Program-made: the position numbers and the translations under genes
Part shown: one piece after another, positions 60,102-64,000 of the stretch
How the letters are laid out: every line of letters begins with the position of its first letter
Numbering within the stretch: position 1 is the first letter of the stretch
NCBI GenBank assembly: GCA_013239625.1
Contig: MU053136.1
Location: forward strand, 576,017 to 640,016
Source of the DNA: Lama guanicoe
Taxonomy: Eukaryota
Direction: 5' to 3'
Length of the DNA: 64,000 nt
The notes under the pieces: generated by a model
Told to the model about the DNA's origin: nothing
Database searches by the model: none
Seen by the model: only the letters and a program-made list of their open reading frames with translations

Positions 60102-62300
60102 GGACGGCTGGAGACCTCCGGGGATGCCCCTCTCGGTGCCCGGCGCTCGGCGCCTGCTGCGCTCTGCGCTCTTCCCGGCGCGCGAGGCCGTGTCCGCCGC
60201 TGTCCGGGCTCCGTCCCTCCCTCCACGTCTCCTCTCTCCGAGCCTCCGCGCCTCTGTCTGTGCCTCTGCCCCCCCCTCCCCGGCTGCGCTTGCCGCCTCT
60301 CCGCGCCTCCACCCCCGCAGGACGCACGGGGAGCGAGGCCCGGCGCAGCGCTGGCTGCCGGGCGGGAGGAGGGCGTGGGCAGAGCAGGGGGTGGAGAGGG
60401 TGGAGACTCGAAGCCGGGCTGCCGAGTTAGGGGACTGAGGTGACCGAGGCCAGGCTCTGGAAGGCGGGCTTAGGGACCCAGCGGGCGGGGCGAGGTCGCT
60501 CAGTGCCTCCCACGCCGGATGCACAGCCGGCCTTCTCCGCGCCCACGTACCCACGTGAGCGCCCAGCCGGCGACATTCTTATTCCCCCCCCCACCTCTTT
60601 TCCCTCCGAGCGGAGAGCAGTTTCACAACCACGCACAGGTACACAAAGACACAGAGAAGCGCACGGATGGGCACACGAGCCTAAAGAACTACGGGACGCC
60701 TGCTTCCCACACTCGGGCCTCGCGGTGCTGTACGTGGAAATGTTAGAAGTGACCAGGGAAAAGTTGTTGGAGACTCGGGATGCGCGGCTCCGTCATGCGT
60801 GCATCTGACTCCCATAGAGTGTAAACTTAGGTCTGTGAGTGTGGGGCTCTGCAGGACCCCTTACGTATCCCACGCTCTTATCCAGTCTCAAAAGGAGTAG
60901 TTTGAAGAGGCCGTTCTCGGAAACCCAGGCGTCCTGCATCCCTCCCTCGAGTCCACGTCGAAGTTTGGGGAACAGGAATGGGCGGGGTTTGCTAGAAGCT
61001 ACCCTTAGATGCGCTGCGATTAGTCGCGTAGGGTTTTGTTAGCGCTTAGGTCAGACTAGGATGGGAGGGGTACCCCATCTTTCTCTACTAGTCGCACCCT
61101 ATTTGCTGCGGACCGGGACCTGCTCCTGTGGCAACTCTGGGAGAGGGAGGAGATCCCTTCTAAGAACTAATATTAGGGCACTTAGCCCGGGAGAGTCTAT
61201 GGAAGATGGGCAAGAGACTGGGAGCGTCCGACGTGGCTCCCTACAGAGGAGTTGGAGGGAGGAGCTCCTTCAAGGAGCCTAGCCCCTCTCCGCAACCACC
61301 ACCCTTCCCCCCTTTGTTTCTCCTAGCCCCATCTGGTTCCCATTACACTCCCGCCCACGGCTGGGAGGGCGGACGGGCGGGAGCTCTAAGCGCCCGGCCC
61401 TGAGTGTCTAGGCCCTGAGGAAATGGGGGGTGGGGGTAGGGGGGGTGGGGGTGGCGGGAAGCGAGTGGACTAGGCAGAAGCAAGGTTCCCTCTAGTCCGA
61501 AACCTCAGCCCTGCCCCGTCATTCCGCACTTCTGAGTGGCCCGGGCCGGGCAAAGAGTGGGTGGCGTGGGCCAGGGCTGATTCTACATTCCGGCCCGGCG
61601 AGTGGACCTTTCCGTCTCCGGTGGGGGCAGCGTGGGAGGGGTGCATCACGTGGGGGGGATTTCGGTAGCTAAAATTCTCTTCTCCATCCCATTAAGCCCC
61701 AAATACGGGGCAAGGAGGTGATAGGAACAAGCTGAGTCCTCCGTCCTGCAGTGGGAGGGTGCTGCTACCCCGGCTCCCTCTGGGGGCACTCCCCGACCCC
61801 TCTTAAGTGTGTGGGCGCCCCTCCCCCACTCCGCTCTCGGGTTGTTTTAGCGCCTGGGCTGCCAGCGGCTGGCCCCGGGTTTCCACGTGCCTCCTCCCTC
61901 CCTCTGCCCACGCTCCCCGTGACGCACATCCTCCGCCCACGCAGCCTCTGCTCGAGGCGCCCCCCTCCCTCCCTCCCTCCCACCCCGGCCGCCTTGGGGC
62001 GGCGCTGAGCCCCGGGATGCGGAGGGAGAGGCTGGCCCGCCTGGGGAGGACGGCATAGGGCGTGAAGCAAGGGGGCGGTAACCCACTGGGCGCCGGGCGC
62101 TTGGGTCCCAGCTCAAGAAAGAGGACAAGGGAGGAGCCTGTTCTGGGGCCTCCGCTCCTTGGTCCTGGGATGGGTGCCAGGCCGGAGAGGGAAGAGGGGA
62201 GAGAAGTCCCGCCCACTGGGCCAGCCCGCTGCCCAAGAGGCCAGAAGGGGTCGGTCTGAATGTGAGCCCGCGTATGAGCGCGAAACTCCTGAGTGTCTGT
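60102..62300 (-). promoter_or_regulatory. NAB2: NAB2 5' UTR and CpG-island promoter with multiple EGR-type sites
   Basis: CpG-dense; perfect GCGTGGGCG at 61934-61942 (minus) and near-matches at 60373, 60507, 60540, 61352, 61564, 61630, 61809, 61905. Confidence 0.8.
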
Positions 62301-64000
62301 ATCTGTTTTCTCAGGGTTGTCGTGAGGGTCACTTTGAGAGGGCATGTATGAAAACTCTATAAATTGTGAAATGCTAATAAGCAAATTTAAGACGATACTG
62401 CCAGTTTGTGCCTCTGTACCCTCAGATTATGTATTTTTGTTTCTTTACATCTATCTACTTGTGTGTCTGTCTCTCTCTCTCTCTAGGTTTGTGAGCCCCT
62501 CCGTGTGGATTTAAAAATACGTACATTTTAAAAATCATTGACTTGTCAAGCCCCGCCAGAGGCCCAGACGCCCCCGCAGCCGGAGCTGCTGAGATGTCTG
62601 TTCTTCGCTTCCCTCCTACTCGTACCACCCTCAACTCCCCTCCTACTCCCTTCCGTTGAGAACAAGGAATTTCCAGCCTTTAGCAAATGGAGAGAGACAG
62701 AGACAAAGAGACCAAGACTATAAGAAGCTACAGGAAAACAGTAAAGATAAGGGGGGGGGTGTTGACAAAAAGGGGGTGAGGCAAATTCAAAAATCTTAAT
62801 TTCTCTTTTTCTCCCTTCTTCCCCTCCCCGTTTTCCCCAGCATGGCTCAAGCCCACTTCCCTACCTGATTCACTTGCTTCCCTCCCGCCTCCCTCCGCCT
62901 CGGTGTTCTCAGAGGCACACGGGCCTGAGCAAAGTATCCCATTTAATTAAGGGTTAGTTCATTGTCTACACTGGTCTCTTCCAGGAAGGGAAACAGTATC
63001 CTCAGTCCCAGGTTTCTAAGAACAGGGGAAAAGATTGTGAAGAAAGTGGGTGGAAGAGGAGTGAGGAAATTGCTAACCAGAAGGATTGCCGTTCCTAGGC
63101 ACGAGTAGATTTTCATCCAGCAGACAGCACTGCTCACTCCCCTCCCCCAAGTTTTCACCAGGCCAAATCCAGCTCATACAGCAAGGTCTGGCGCAAATGT
63201 CACCTTCCTGGCCCCTCTCCTTCCTGCGCCTCCCCTAGGCAGAATTAATTCCTCCCATCCTTCAGTGGCCTCATGGCTCTTTGTACACATTTCAATTATA
63301 GTTGCTTGTTTCACGTTCAGCCCAGGACCTCTCCTGGTCTGGTACCTGGTGGATCCTCTGAAATGAGTGAGTTGATAATGCTATCTCCAGGCATGAGCAG
63401 CTTTGAAAGGGCAGTTAACACAGATATTACTCCAAAGGGGGCTTAACCTGGGTAGCACCGTTTAAGTGGAGACATTTGTTTTCCATGTCTGCTTCTTTCT
63501 TAAAGTTTCCAATGAGTCTCACAAGTCTGGCTCCTTGGCCTTCTAAAATGCCTGTTCTCCTGGTAAATTAATTCATACCCAGGTGCCGAAGGTATAAGTC
63601 TGAAATCCTTGCTGGTAACAGAAAAATATGAATACAAAGTAATGACCTTCCTTTTTAACTCTTTTATTAACATGTCAGAATTGTAGTCTAAGGAGCATTG
63701 TCCTTCAACTTAATCATCTTACAAGAGATGCTTCACTTCTCAAAGACAAGTCACCCTACCTTCTGCCGTTGGGGAACCCAGAGACTGGTAGGGGAGATAG
63801 ACACATAAACAAATAATTACAATGTAGTGCAATATGAGTACAAACAATGGCAAAAGTATAGGGGGAAAGTGATGTTTTCTGCCTGGGATTGTGAGGGACT
63901 GATTTAAGCAGGCATCCAAAGGAGGTGATGATGCAGCCTAGGATTTTGAAGTGTGAGTAGATTTCCAGGAGGAAGGGACAGTCAAGTCAGAGAGAGCAGA

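Noticed and set aside
60102..60554. About 150 stop-free codons in frame upstream of the NAB2 ATG (possible N-terminal extension)
   Set aside because: No in-frame AUG, the CpG island is depleted of stops by composition, and part probably lies upstream of the TSS; only Ribo-seq could support it

Overview
Mammalian genomic DNA, most likely camelid (three tRNA-derived SINEs resemble the camelid Vic-1 family), covering the conserved LRP1-STAT6-NAB2 cluster. LRP1 lies on the minus strand (coding exons 1-12, ATG at 28416, continuing past the left edge). STAT6 is complete on the plus strand (non-coding exon 1 ending at 41312, 21 coding exons at 43857-53179, 846 aa). NAB2 is complete on the minus strand (7 coding exons at 60101-55023, 525 aa). 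I traced every exon by hand through GT-AG boundaries and all three reading frames stay open. LRP1 and STAT6 are divergent across a ~12 kb repeat-rich spacer; STAT6 and NAB2 are convergent with overlapping 3' ends. I found no wholly new gene system, and most ORF-track entries are GC-rich or antisense noise. The best leads are: a spliced antisense gene model over LRP1 exons 5-6 (probable LRP1-AS orthologue); a remnant of the truncated-LRP1 terminal exon in intron 6 whose acceptor reads GG; a back-to-back bidirectional poly(A) site beside a miR-135 site; a divergent CTCF pair; and lineage-specific STAT6/LRP1 protein changes. Human/mouse comparisons and repeat family names are from memory, not a search, and need checking.
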